Positions 1 to 14,500 of a stretch of 64,000 nt of DNA are shown one piece after another. The stretch's first letter is position 1. Every line of letters begins with the position of its first letter. A program made the translations under genes and the position numbers. Below the pieces are notes generated by a model. That model had not been told where the DNA came from. It saw only the letters and a program-made list of their open reading frames with translations, and made no database searches. The DNA comes from Laetmonice hystrix (taxonomy: Eukaryota). Location of the stretch: the NCBI GenBank assembly GCA_965235115.1, contig OZ249436.1:14694001-14758000 (forward strand). Reading direction: 5' to 3'.

Positions 1-3000
1 AATATATTTTCCCGACCTTACCCCACTTGAACCCATCCTCTTAACTTCCCTGAATCCTGCATCTGCCCTTGTCCAAAATCAATTCCATTTGCAATCTTCC
101 ATTTTATTTAGGTTTCTCACTAATGACCTTGCTTTACACCCCAGCATTCCACAAAACCACACCCATACCACATCCTTCTTATCATTGGCTTTATGCGGAC
201 CACAATGTATTATGTATGGGAGGCTGGTGACGGCGAACCATCCAAGTCATGTAGAAAGATCTGAAGTACTTCGTGCCACTTATTTTCTCGATGTTTCACA
301 GAGCTCTGGCTCTATCCCAGCACATGTTGTTTCACATGCCATCACTATCCATTCAAAGGTCCCCAGGTCGTGTTTTAAGTGCCGATATTAAAGTGGACCT
401 TTTCCCACTAGGTGTAACCCTTAAAGGTCTACATGTTGCTACCCCATGGCCCTCCGTCCTTGTGGCGCACAACCTTCAGACTGAGGGCCCCTCACCTCAC
501 ACGTCTTGGTCAGAATCCGATAAATGTTACATAAGGGATTCAACAATGGATACGGACGGATTCTGGATTAAATAAGACGGACACAATTGGTTCAGGAGGG
601 ATCGTCAAGGCGAGGAACTGTATAAAAAAAATGGGTGGAACCACAGGAATGTGTCAGACTCCTGTGGTGGAACCTAGCAAGTGGGACACGTGACCCCCAA
701 TGTGTCCTTGACCTCACCCCTTGATGACCTACATCCGTGCTCTATCAGGAAGTCTTTGGCCAAAACAATTGCTAGTAACTCTATAGAGCAAACTTGCACA
801 TTTTAATGGTACAACTGTGTAAAATATCAAAAGATTTAACTTTTCGGGTATATACAACGGAGTCATACATTTTTCAGGGACTGAATGTCATTCCATTCTG
901 ATTGAAATGTTATAATATTTTTGTAGGAGGTGGAAATAGCGATTAAAAATCTCACTAAGCATTGCGATGCTGGCTTTATAACAGTCTCTACTTAGCTGAG
1001 AAATGGATACCTACTGTACCATCTAATGATAACCCAGTAAGGTTTCCTACAACTTCTACGTCTTATTCTCTCTTTCACAAGAGCATAAGAACCTAGACGA
1101 TCCACTCGGAATTCCGGCGTGGTTTCAGTATAATAAAGCTGCTGCAGGGACCTGCCTGCTGCTCTACACTAACGGCTACCGGAGAGTAACATGGAGGCCC
1201 GGCCGTGATATACAGGAGCGCGGTATACAGGACGGATATCATTATATGTAAGAAGAGACCGACTGCAGTGGCCAGCAGAAAGATGATCGGGTCGCCTGGA
1301 CCACCTGCGGGTTCCACGACCTCCGCGAAGGCGGGTGGTCGTCGGTTGGGGAGGGGGGGGGGTGATTAATGTTCCCGCACCCTACGATCAGAAACACTGT
1401 CCACACGGCGTTCACACCTTCCCAATGCTTCAAGTCGCCTTCTTAGGTGGGGTTCACACTGCTCGTCCGGTGCAAAATCGTCCGGCATATCTGATATGAT
1501 CTTACGGCTGCTCGCGTTCATATTGAGCATATTACCCGCACTTAAGTCCATAAGTCCATACCCACCAGAGCGTGTCGAGAAGCCAATCACCCCAGTCACT
1601 AGGTGGTGTCGCAGACGGTCAAGCTTTTAACAAAAACTGGGTAAAGTCAACTTTATATACCAGTAGACATCAAGTAGTGAGACCTGGCCAAAGATTTGGT
1701 TTTTCATAGCGTGGACAGATTTTCAGGGCGGCATCAATGTAACAGCGCCCCTGGTGCACTATGGTGCACTATGTCGGCAAACGAGCGTTCAGATTGAAGT
1801 TACCCGACGTAAGTAGTCTACCGACATAGCTATGCCCCCATTTACCCGACGGAACTCGGGGGCTTACGCGACGCAAGTTATGTCGGATGATTGCGTTCAT
1901 ATACAGGTGGCCACCCGAAACAGCGGGTAGGCGTCGGAACAAGCCTCCAATGTGAACGCGGCCTGAGTCGCCCACACCGGTCGAGTCTTGCTCTCCGATC
2001 ATAGTATTCTCTTACACTGTAAATCTTCTCCGACCCCCCCCCCCCTCCTCGGATAAATGTCGCCCACATGAAAAACGTACGCGGAACTGAGACGAATCAA
2101 AAACTTCCACTCCTATTAAAACATATTTTTGTCAGTGTAGGTAGGCATACTTGGCGTGGGTCTCCGAAGTGAAAGCTAAATTTATGCTAAAGTTTGTATC
2201 TGTGGCTGAACAATGCCTTCACTCCATGCCAACTTATAAATCAATCTCAATAACCTTCAGAGGATGCTTATACATCCGCCTGCCCTATTTGTGATAAACG
2301 TCCGAAGGTTTTATCCTGCTTAAATGAAGAATAGACAATTAAATAATCGTTGTATACTTGGCTCCATGTATCCATCTGGAACACGAACAAAGTAAAAATA
2401 AGGTCTAAAGTAGGATTATCCAGAGGTATGACGTCACTGTTAAATCACAATAATGTATGTCACTATTATAACTTTATCCTGGTCCAATTATAATAATAGT
2501 GTGCCTCGACACAATTGCGTGATCTTGGTACGGCCTTATCAACTTTTTCCATGGAAAGCGACACGTGGACGTGCAGACCACACCCCAACATTCCTAATGA
2601 CTCTCTGACCTCAGTCAGCGGCTCCGAACATAGAATTTCAATTATCGGATTGCATGCCCAAACAAAAACTAGACAGTCAACCTGATAAATGAGAGCCAAA
2701 CGACACGGCTAAACATCATCAGCTCGGTCCTTTTCAGTATACTTCAAACCTTCATGTCCGAATTGTCATGCCAAGATGAAATGTGCTAAAAGGAATGGGG
2801 AAGCTGTCGGGCTGGAGTAATTAGGTATAGGATATTAAAGTACATAGTGAGTTAACGAATGACAAACCTCTAGTGTATCATAACAGTGGTTCACTCGTTT
2901 CAAACGACCCTTAAACCTGGCCTGGAGTTGAGAACCTCAGCCGTGGAGAGAGATGCAAGCAGACTGGCCTACAAGAGATGGGGTCAGCAAGGTTACGAAA

Positions 3001-4485
3001 TGTCAGGCAATACAGCTGCATGCAGGTCGGCCAACAACTGTTCCCGATGTCGGCCTCTCTCACTCTGTAAAATATCCCTAACATAGACCGCCACTTACGT
3101 TTCTTTACGGAGGAAGATTTACTCAGGAAAGCTGGTAGCTTTAATATGAACTGACACTTCATCCTTGGTACTAATTCATGCGGAAATTATTTGTATGGCT
3201 GAGCTGGCATGCTGTGAGCACTGCCTTTAGCAACTATTCTACAGAACTACGACGAAAGACTATGTAAAAAAAATTGATAAACTGCCATTCGTTTTCTGCC
3301 ACTGATGAATCACATTCCATCATAAAGCTACAAAGCGGTAATGCCTAAAGATGACGAATTTCTACCTTTTTAACTGCCCCTCTCTGACTTGTATTTCAGG
3401 TTTCTCGAGTGGGCAATATTTCGTCATTGTGGAGCTACGCCTTCAGTATGTCCATCCAAAGCCCATTCCCCAACCATGGAAAGGGTTACCCTTTTATTAT
3501 TATCGATTTGTAAATATTGTTGCGTACAGCATATGGCATTCATCGATTCTTCAATTATTATATGTTTTGCTATCCCAATCTCCTATTCGTCTCGATGTTA
3601 TTATAGTAAAACGATGATAAACACGTATAACGTATAATTTAACTGCAAAGTGAAGTTACTTGGTAAACCTTTGATATTGCAGCTCCCATATATGGTCCTA
3701 CCACTGGTACACAAAGTATGTATACATTTAAGCTGCACAGCAAAAGGTCGACAACCCATGGACTTCCAGTACATCAATTTACACAAATTTCATTGCTGCC
3801 CACCCTTCCCCAATTCTCATTTCCGTCCACTTGGCTTTTTGACCTATTGCCTATCTATCAGGCCAGTTCCCTGCAAACACTAATGTAAATAGCTCACCGA
3901 CAATTTTTTCACACCTACCAAACAGATCAATATTTGTCTGTTACAAGGGACTTTACCACTGCTTACTGACCCCGATGAGGTCTATTTGTCATTTACCGTA
4001 AATATTGCGGGCATGCGGGTCCCTTCTACATTGTATAATGAAATGTTAAACTCAAAGTTAGATGTCTGCCCTTTTTTGTTCTCCTCACTGTTTGTAGCGG
4101 ACATCACGTTATTTTGTAGCACCAAGTGATAGGCTGGAGTGCAGGTAACAGTTGATTTAACAACAGACTGAGGGTGTCGCCAACCCATCCACTGACGTGT
4201 CCCGAGTTTATTATCATGTAGTTCCAAGTCATCATTACGTGTCAGGGATCAAACAATTGTTTAGATTGGGTGCTTATCTGGTCTCTTCACCTATGTACTT
4301 TCCTCTAACACTGGTTTACCCTTTTATTACGAGACGCCACCTGACTTCCACTGACTTACCCTCAAGGTTTATAGTGGTACTTGTGACTTGTAATTTGCAC
4401 TCTCGAGTTCCAGTGATATAGTACATACTTGTGTAACTGGTAATACAGCTACACTTTCCCTCGTCTAAGGTCCCTCGCTCGCCGT

Positions 4486-4720
4486 NNNNNNNNNNNNNNN
4501 NNNNNNNNNNNNNNNNNNNNNNNNNNNNNNNNNNNNNNNNNNNNNNNNNNNNNNNNNNNNNNNNNNNNNNNNNNNNNNNNNNNNNNNNNNNNNNNNNNNN
4601 NNNNNNNNNNNNNNNNNNNNNNNNNNNNNNNNNNNNNNNNNNNNNNNNNNNNNNNNNNNNNNNNNNNNNNNNNNNNNNNNNNNNNNNNNNNNNNNNNNNN
4701 NNNNNNNNNNNNNNNNNNNN
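4486..4720. other. Assembly gap (235 N)
   Basis: Run of N directly visible. Confidence 1.
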
Positions 4721-7700
4721 CCCTTGTACTTACTTCCCTTCCTTTAGTTCTTCAAGTCGACACAAAGAGCCAATCACTGTCATTGATCACAATCGACCCA
4801 TCCGACTCGCATGTCTTTACTACATTTACAAAGGTGACACTCTTACCATCTAACATGAAAGACACTCTTTCAAATAAAAGAATTAGGTTTCTGCACAGTA
4901 CAGTTTGCTCTGTTTTTTAGAATGAAATGTAAGAACGTATTTATGCTGCCGTATTGTAAAGAGTATTTCACGAGTATTTAACCATGGCTGAAAATGTGTA
5001 ACAAATGGGAGCCATAAAACATGTACACACTATATTCATTTTTAAAAAGTAGGGATTCTTGACAGTTTTTCAATCAACTGGCAACGCAGTGTGCCATTCT
5101 GTGGATTTAGGAACGAACAGATGCTAGGGTCAAGCTACTGAGACCATCGGTTACTCTATCCGGATGACCATTCCTACCTCCTTACCTACTTCCGTCCGTG
5201 TGACACTGCACATTGTGGCTGGAGAGGAAAGTAATCGACTGACATTTCTTATCTTCATATAAATTCCAGTCTACATGGAGAGGATAGAATTCCCATCCGA
5301 TCATCACGTACCCCCGTCACATGGCAAACCGAACTGCTGCACTGTAATGTCAGTTAATCCGAAGACTTCCTTCACAGGCACGCATTCCCGCACAACTCGG
5401 ATGATCGGGATTTTGTGTCTTCAGGGCATATAATTGCTATCCCTGGTTTTAAATCCATTATAAAGCCAAAGAATATTCAATATATTTCTAAAACTGAACT
5501 TTCTAAACACGAACAATGTTTGCAATGCCACTAACGGAAGCCAACAAAGAAACAACTTCGACATCCCTTGTTGCCAAGCACCAAAACCTACTGCACGAGG
5601 TACGCGAGAAGCCACTTAGCGTGAAAGCTTGCATGCATAGTTCATCAGGGCTTTCTCCGAGGAGAAATCGTGCACGAACCCTGTCTTCTAACAGTGTATA
5701 AGAATGACTGCTATGACATGAGATTGCAACCTCCTGTTCTGAAAGCCTTTCAGGCGACCTCAGAAGCAACCTGTCACACAGAAGGTTCTTGTGGTATATC
5801 AGAAAGGTAATACAATCAAGGCATACATACAAGCCGCCATTACTGAATACATTTATGTCCCTGGGCACTTCATACGCCAAATATAAGCTTTTCAAAGGAG
5901 GTTGAACCTGAAAGCATTGGGCATTTTTGGCCCCTTCTTTGGAAGAGAATGATTGGTAGACAACTAGGCTATACAAGGCTCTACTCCTATGAATTATAAA
6001 TAGATATTACAAGTTGAATTAGCAGGCTTCCTAGACAAGTCAGAACTGCGAGTCATTAATCAGTGGTTCTACAATGTCTCCCTTGACCTATAGTCCTGGC
6101 AGTACGCTGGTTGGTTTCCCCAGGAATAGTCACCCGACACCTAAACCTTGTTAACTTGTTAGCGCAGGAATGGCGCTGACCCCTGGGAAGTGGCTTTCCA
6201 AACTACTTTAATTCAGGGTTTTTTCACAGATTGTCTTGCTTGCACCTGATCCTCCCTTCTGTAATTGACCATCTATGAGGCAGGCCTTCTTTTACTCACC
6301 CTGGGAAATACCGGGGAAAAACCCACATCTGTCCCCAAAATATACTAATACTGTTATATTTCATCACTTATGAGAAGCAACGTTCAATTCTTGATCCTGT
6401 ACCTCATGCACTTTATACGAGTCACTTTCCTTAATCACTAATTTGTTCCTCTTGCATCATAAGCACTCGAGCAAGTCTACACCATCCATCCAGTCATCAG
6501 GATGAGCATTAACCGGTACATGTAATATGGATAGCACTGAGCTAATAAATCAACTAATGAAATATCTGGTGAGCTGAAATGTATTTGAACCAAGTCAATA
6601 AACTAACGCAATACCCACATCAGTCTGTCTGCTCTGGGTGTGGCCGTCACTGACAATATTACCCCATGTCGTTTAAATGATATGTGCCCCTGCTGGTCTC
6701 AGCCCGGTTCCCTGAATACACATCAGGTCACTCACAATCACTGATGAGGAAAATCTACTTACTAATTCAACTATCGGTGGAGGGCTACGACGCGGTCACT
6801 ACACTGGGCAAAGTTTGAGAGTAGCTAATAGACCCTTGACGCAACTACGTGGTTTAAAATCTAAATAAATCGAACTCTGGGCGCATACTGTGGCTTTATA
6901 GGGCAATTTGTGGCATGGAACACGGAACTTTAGATGCTTTCTATTAAATGGGTCTAACGTTTCTATTATCTGTTGAGGATATCCGCAAAGTTAGACCGAG
7001 GAAACAACATCACATCGTAACTACGTGTAAAGTGTATCTCAAAATGCCACACCCTGAATACACAGACTGTCGTTGGGACAACTGCTGGTTGTTGGAAGTT
7101 ATTCCCCGTTCAGAACATTCCCGCCACCAGAGGATTATGTGTCGCATACACCCATCTATATAATACGTATAGACCAATACCAAACTCCCACTAACAGTTT
7201 CTCTGTGAAAGTGCTGGTTGTGGTGGTCTGTAAATTATTAGGCTTTCCGAAACAACACAATAACACAATTACGAGCTGGGGGTAGGTTATCTAATTTATT
7301 GCGCAGAGGCCGCCAAACCCCATGGATTACATGCCGCTGATATTTAATATGGAACTTTTGAATGTTCTATTTCAGTTTACTTGCTATGTTTTACTTATCA
7401 TGGATTGAAACATCAGGAACAGGATTATAGTATACGGTATTTGATGGGTGTGGGGCAATGTATTCAGACCTTAACTTGAATGTAAATGGTCACCGTCAGG
7501 TTTGAATTGATGTTGCGCACCCTCCCTCCACCTGGGGCGTGCTATAGTCTTGGATGTGCGAGGACACTCGGTCCCTCGAGAAAATCCCTCTGAGGGTCGT
7601 GACCATCCAGGTCGACCAAGAACACGAGCCTTCACAAAGACGATTCTGCCCCCCCCCCCCCCATTGCTAAAACTGGGTTCACCGCTTACCGATTCATTTA

Positions 7701-9109
7701 AATATCGTGTCGAAACGGCGACCAGAGTGCAACAACTCTGCTTGTTCACCTCGTGTAGTTATACTGGAGTAACTCGGCAACGCCCCCAGGTGGCACAACC
7801 CCCTGGAAAATCAGCTGACTACAGCAACTGTACCGCTCGTGGCGATGACCCTGACAAGGGTTATACACGAGACTTTAGCTCCAATGAAAAAGAAGCTGAC
7901 ATATATATACACACGAGTCCTTGGTATTTATTTGTCCAAGAACCCCTGGGGTATCAGTTTAACGGACTGCTCAGCTGGGATTAAATCCAGCAGTTATTGC
8001 TGCAAAACCATCATTTATCTTGAATACCGACAATTTTCTCTAACAGTGGGAGGTTCCGTAGTTGTGTGTGTACGAGACGGCTTCAAGGGCCACCAGAATG
8101 TATCGGGGGGAGGGGGGGGGGGGACAAAATTGTGAGTAAGTGAGTATTCGTGAGGGTTTCAACGTGTCGGCATCATAGGCCATCTTCATGGCGAAAACAA
8201 GGTTAGAAAACTGTAGAGTAAAAGGAATATATTGCCTCCCGGATCCCCCTGTACTAGAGGCAGGGTAGTATCTTGTGCATGTTTTCCCTCATCTGCTGTT
8301 AACAAAAAAAACCCATACGCATTATGTATTACTTGTTGATGGAGTATGATTCGGTGAAGTAAAACGTCCTCAAACCGAGCGTCAGAATGATGCTCTACTC
8401 AAGCAACAAAGCTGGGGCCTAAATCCGTGCTTTGACTTTTATTTTGGACACAGTTTAATTCATATGATAAAGATAGCATTGATTCAGTTTCCTTTTCAAT
8501 TTTTTATTTCACCCGACTACTTTCTCCGACCTGTTTTTCTGAGATCAGCTGCTCCTAATGGCGTTAAAATTCCTGTCACCAAGTGGTGGACTCGTCAGAG
8601 CCATGTGTCTGTAATCACGAATCTACCTTTGTCAAACACCAGGTTTCAATACAAGACAATACGGGACGGAAGTGAATCTGGCAGCCAAGCTGTCTGAATT
8701 GAAAGGTACAAAAGATAACGGCGTCAATACAAGATAATGTTCACAAATAACTCACACAATTGCTTTGTTCTGTTTGTTTCCGATACAAACAGCGGAGAGA
8801 ATAGGCGCCAATGTTTGCCAGTGTCTCCTTCCTGACGGTCCGTGTCATCAGGAGGTCATTGCCTGTCGTTGTTTTTATCTTTGTTCACCCGTCATCAAAG
8901 CCAAACCTGACCAAGCCGCATCCTTGTAATCAATTTTCACTCACAAATCGGAGTCACGTGGTCCGGCTCTCACACTGGCTTCTCTTTGACATTTCAGTAT
9001 TTTTGGATAGGTCAACAAAAGACGTCAGGCATTTACGCCGTCTTAAACCTATTTTATCATAAAAAGAATTATATTTCGATATATTTAAACATCTGAGCCA
9101 TAATCTTAA

Positions 9110-9681
9110 AGGGAAATGTGAGTGTTCAAAGCGCCACCTAGTGAGCCGCGTTGGTACCACGGGGAAAATGTGAGTATTCAAAGCGCCGCGTAGTGAGCTT
9201 TAAAAGAAAACTGTTTGGCTTATTTATGCAGTCAACTAGTTTGATCTGGAAATCAGTAGTATTTTTTAAACAATGAACCAAACTGTGTGCCAGAACCTGT
9301 CTACTCCATTGAATGCTATAGTTAAGACCCGTGTTTTACCAAGGCACTGACTGTTTGGCAGGCTGTAACTTTTTTGTTGATTCGGTGACCCCCAATTTTT
9401 TTTGTTTTAAACTATTAGTCTTGATCCACTTTACCTTGTCACCGAGTTTCAGGAGAAAATTGGTGGTCATTTTTTAACTATTAGTCAAAATGTCTGAAAA
9501 ATCCTGTTTTTCCCATTGAAACCTATAGTAAAGACCCATTTTTTACGGAGGCCTGTATAAAAAAATCTAATTCGGTGACATATGATTTTTTTTGTTTCTT
9601 TGTACTCCTAAGGACAAAGGCTATCCCCCATAAAAATATTTTGAAGATTCTAGTGGTGGATTCGAACACTCACATTTCCCT
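9110..9681. mobile_element. Non-autonomous Kolobok-like DNA transposon (MITE), 572 bp, TTAA target-site duplication
   Basis: The left end ttaa|AGGGAAATGTGAGTGTTCaaagcgccacctag and the right end ctagtggtggattcGAACACTCACATTTCCCT|ttaa are inverted repeats (18 nt perfect, further imperfect). TTAA lies at 9106-9109 and 9682-9685. The left terminus is duplicated at ~9162-9198. An internal direct repeat ccattgaa..ctatagt.aagaccc occurs at ~9306 and ~9513. TTAA TSD with purine (AG/GG) termini is typical of Kolobok; piggyBac ends are usually CCC. Confidence 0.75.
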
Positions 9682-10889
9682 TTAAGGTTTAAGGTAAATG
9701 CCTATTTTAGATATTGTTACGATTTCTAATTCTAAAAGTCATCTTTGTTCTTTATCAATACGCCACGAGGTATAAACCAGAATGAAAATCATCCAATGTC
9801 AAATAAGTTGCAGCCTTACATAGATATCTACCATTTCTGTGTGACAAATTCTTTATGCTGAATCTAGTCAAACGTACTGATCAAAACAAAAATCACTGAC
9901 TTCGAATGATGTTGGCTTCAGATAACGTTTTCGATGGATGAAGGACTTTTTTGGAGCCAGACTGCGCTGAATCAAATTTATTTTGGGGGCTCCTTGCATC
10001 ACTAAATTCTATAAGGGATGTCATGGGACATAGTTATGTTTATACGGTATTTACCAGCTCTGTATTTGCCCTTATTTCATAATGAGCAAGCAACTTATTT
10101 TAGTACCATCTGAACTCAGGATAGGGTGGTCTTGATTACGAAGACTCGCTGTCAGATACGTTTCTTTACACTTGGTTTAATGAGTCTACGCATAGCACTG
10201 ACGGTATTTTCTAAGACGACAGCATGTCTGTGACGTACAACATTTTTAGCATAACCACGGTGCCTATACGTACTGATATAAAAGCGCCTAAACTTGCATC
10301 CTTCTTTGTAGTTGGTGTTTCATATAGTCAGTTGTAAGCTTCACTGGATGATGCAGCCCAGCTTCAGCGTCTCATTATACTGCCAGGGCTTTCAGGCTAG
10401 ACACTGCAGTGGCTCGGATATGTATGCGACAACGGCCCATATATCACAGCATATTTGAGGCAATGAAAAGAAACCTATAATATATATGATGTTCATGCGA
10501 GTCGCTAATGTCCTGATAACATATTAGAATGAAGCGATGGTTAAGGATATAAAATCCTCAACGTGGCATCTTCATAGAATGCCTGTCGGTCATCCTCTCA
10601 AAAAAAGGCCCTCTACATGTGGACTTATATGTATTCACCTAACCATTTAAAGTTTAAAAATAAGTTTAACAAGACCCCGTCGGAGTCACAGCCTCCAACT
10701 GGCTAGAGACTTATTATCTGGGGGTCTAGGATCTATGTGTACTTGTATTTTTGATACACAATACAGTCCATGTAAGAACAACCATGATACATGAGTCACA
10801 AAGAAACTTCATATGTCTCAATCCTGTACAGTTGTACAGTAACTGTAGTAAGTGGTTATCTTGAAGTACACATGTATTTTGAATCATCG

Positions 10890-11520
10890 AAATTATCCTG
10901 ACCTTGATATGACCTCACAAGGTCACTCAATGTAAGGGGTTAATCTCGAGGCTAAGTACGTTCGTGCATACGGCCAAATTTGACTCCCTAACCTTAGTTT
11001 ATAGAAAGTATCACGATTACCTTATTCACTTATATTTAATCCGAACACAAAATAAATTGGCACACTTGTTGCCCCTTGGTTAAAGAAAAGGCCGCCATGT
11101 CGCCATATTGGATCTGAACAGAAAATATATTGGCATGCTGATGCCCCTCATATGCCTTCTCTTGTCACTAAGTTTGAATGGAATCCAGACAATTTTGTCT
11201 GAGTTATTGCTTCAAATGTGTTTATATCCAAGATGCCCATCAAGCGGCCATTACGACTGATATCAAAAATATGTTTTACCTGCCTCATCCTTAGACTGTC
11301 CCTGATCATTGTGTAATGTTTCATGCAACCTTATGTCGTTATCTTCAACTGTTTTGGAAATACAGGCCATTGAAAATATGCATGACCTTGATTGACCTTT
11401 CAAGGTCATTCAAGTTCATGGAAATGGCGCCAAACGAAGGTTCATAATCACTTCCTATCTGACAATCCTAAATCATTGTATTCTCTTGCATCGTTTTCGA
11501 TATATGAGCCAAAACAGAGT
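10890..11520. repeat. Old interspersed repeat, probably DNA-transposon derived, rich in TGACCT/AGGTCA words
   Basis: The module tgacct-N4/5-tgacct..aaggtca recurs at 10899-10925 and ~11384-11408, and a gccgccat/ccatattgga word occurs at ~11090. This resembles common marine-invertebrate non-autonomous elements. Termini are not resolved. Confidence 0.35.
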
Positions 11521-14500
11521 GTTATTTAGGTGTTCAATAAACACATATAGCCACGTCGCCAGATTTGCTCTTAATATATGAGCTTATAATTCTCTTTTTT
11601 TAAATATTTACGCCACGTCGGGCCAAGATTCAACAATCATCTTGCAGAACAATCTATCTCATGCTGCTTTAGATTGTCGTTTTAGCACTCTTCATGCCTA
11701 GACTACGTACCCGGTAAGTGTAACAGAACACTTAACGACGCTATGTAGTTGTAATTTTGGGTCGGAGATATTTCAAAATCTCAGTTAAGCCCCGTTTACC
11801 AATAGTGCTAAGTGCAATGCGACCATAACCATAACGAAAGTACATAGCTGTAATGTGAACTAGAGTTTTTAGTTTATTACATCGGATAGATATAAATCAC
11901 TAACCCCTCTCCCGCTTTGTTTCTATTCTCATAGGTTGGCTTTTTTTCGTTTCAGTGTTAAAGTGGTTAACGACTGTAGATCCGAACCACTTGTTTTTCT
12001 CTACAAACCCGTCCACTCATTCGGTAATGTGACCTGCAGGGATATAAAAAGCGTACGTGAACGACACACCCGAAATCTTGACAATAGGCCTGTTGTCAAG
12101 ACTTCTGGTCACAATGCGCACGATGCTCGTGTAATGTACTGGATTGGTCAGCATCAGTTTCTCGGGATGACCCAACCGGTGCTATTGATAGGCACTATTG
12201 ACACTGACTGTACAGATATTGATAAGCATCAGTTTGTCAGGCTGTACCGACCGGCGATGACTACACAGGGCCACTGTTTGCCGAATTTGGCCCGACTGAC
12301 CCCTTTTCAGTTATATCTGCTATGCTCCTTCGGTCTTTATTCAAAATCTATTCAAGATGACTGCTCGCATGAAGATCCGCCACTAAAGAAGATATTAAAC
12401 GCAGGAGTACGTCTTCCAGTGAACGACCAGCAGGTAACAAAGTTATCCTGAATACACTTACCCTAAACCTACAAACAGAGGTGTGGGGCAATGTAGTCTT
12501 TTTGTGTTATTTGAAGCAAGTATTGCATCGTATTACACTGGGCAACACCCGACGTGTTGGATGTATAACGGGCGTGTATGTTTGCATACGGGCAACCTTC
12601 CGGCGGGGCGGACTCCCTCTGAAAGTGGCCCACTGCTTGGATCCTGAGGTCCCGCGGCCGAGCTCAAGGCCTGTCAGGGGGAGGATAATGGGCAGTGAAG
12701 GCCTCCGACAAAGGCTGAGATCCTTGGCCCGGAGAGGCACGGCCTGAGGGATCGAGATAGGGCGGACAGCCACGTCCCTCGGCACAATGGACCTTCAAAC
12801 TTCCACTCCGTCTGGGCGGCCACCGTCTCGGAATATCCCGGCCCAACAAACAGGTCCCTGTCATAAATAAATGCTTTTCATTTCTGATATTCTCCTTTCC
12901 ACTTCAAATATCAATTTATACCTATCGCCATCATTGAAACGAAATGTAGTCTCCGAGTACCGTGTTATAATAACATTATACCGCTGGGTCTCGAGGCTTA
13001 TTTCGTCCCCTTCTATCTCTATACTGTCTATGATTTCTCCTACTTTGATTTGATGTTCGTGAACACGCTATTCTCCTCCTCAGAGAGAGGGTCCAATAGA
13101 CTTTCGCCTGTTTTCTTTGCGCCATGAACACCTTGTCATTACTCGCGCCTGACCTTTATCAGGCTTATATGAATATTGCTCATCTATATGAAAACATCAC
13201 TCAGTGTATTTAGTGACGGACCTTTCCGCCCACCAAGGTTACGAAAATCTAAATCATTTCTCATCAAGGTTTATGAATATTGCGCCTCGTTTGTTTCGTG
13301 CAAAGAGCGTGTACCATTCGACCAGAAAGGCTACATTCGGTAAAATATTTCACATACGATTCATGAGGATCCCGACAGAATATTGGTGTATAAACCTGTC
13401 CACCAGATGTTATATATGTGTAGTTGTTATACCATGGCATCTCAAACTCTAAGTTAGATTTATATACGCAGCATGATAGTTTAAATATGACACCGGGCTC
13501 GTGTGGCGGTTGCTGGGGGTTGGTGGATGGGGAGGGTGTTCACAACATGGCCGGACAGTACGGCTTAACCCTGGGCAAGTACACGTGGTTTCACCTTCAC
13601 CAGACTTACATGATATATATGTTCAGGTATTTCCTTCACGGTAACGCTGTCATATACACGGCTCGACGCCTAAGGCCACCGTCGTCTGGATTACCCCTGC
13701 CACTAACTTCTCTACATTGGCCCCATGTTTTTATGTCTATGTGAATAACTATATGAGCAGCTTGGTGTCGGAAACATCGTGATATAATAGCAGCTCCCGG
13801 GGCCTGCAAAATATGGGGGGATTTACTTTGGCAGGTCCAACTATGAAATGAATGTCTGCGGCTCAAACACAAATACGCACTCTCAACTCTCTGTCGCCGA
13901 CAAATCATATCAACATCCAAGCAACACAAACTCAGGCTGGCTTCTGCCACCTTCGGCAACCAGTACCGGCGTTTGCGATAGCCTTCATCAGACCAACAAT
14001 ATATACGGTAGCAATATTTTTGTCACATTCTCCAGATTCTGCCCCACAGAGTGTGGGGCAGACTAACAAGGCTTTGTCTCCCCAATTCAGCAACACAATC
14101 ATGTATTATTTACGTGCATAAAGAAAGAAACGCGACGCTGTAATTTCAAAACTACCAATGGTAGCCCTCTGATTTCCGATCTCATAACAAAGCGTGTAGG
14201 AATGAGACGTTGGATGACGTGCCATGAGTTCCGCTCATCTTCTTCGTTAGAAAATAACAGTGTAGTGGCGGATGTAGGGGGAAAGTGGATAGTGGTGGCT
14301 GGCATGCGACTGAACATGAAATCTTTTATAATAATACACCACGTACGAGAGGCAACATGTCTTTGCTTAAGGTCTTGTTTCGATCGTCGACTCTATGATT
14401 TGACCTAATATTACCGCACCACTGGAGATATGTCCTGTTGAGATATCATGATGTCATGACGATTTTCTTCTTCACATCTCCAGTTCTTTCTTACATCATA

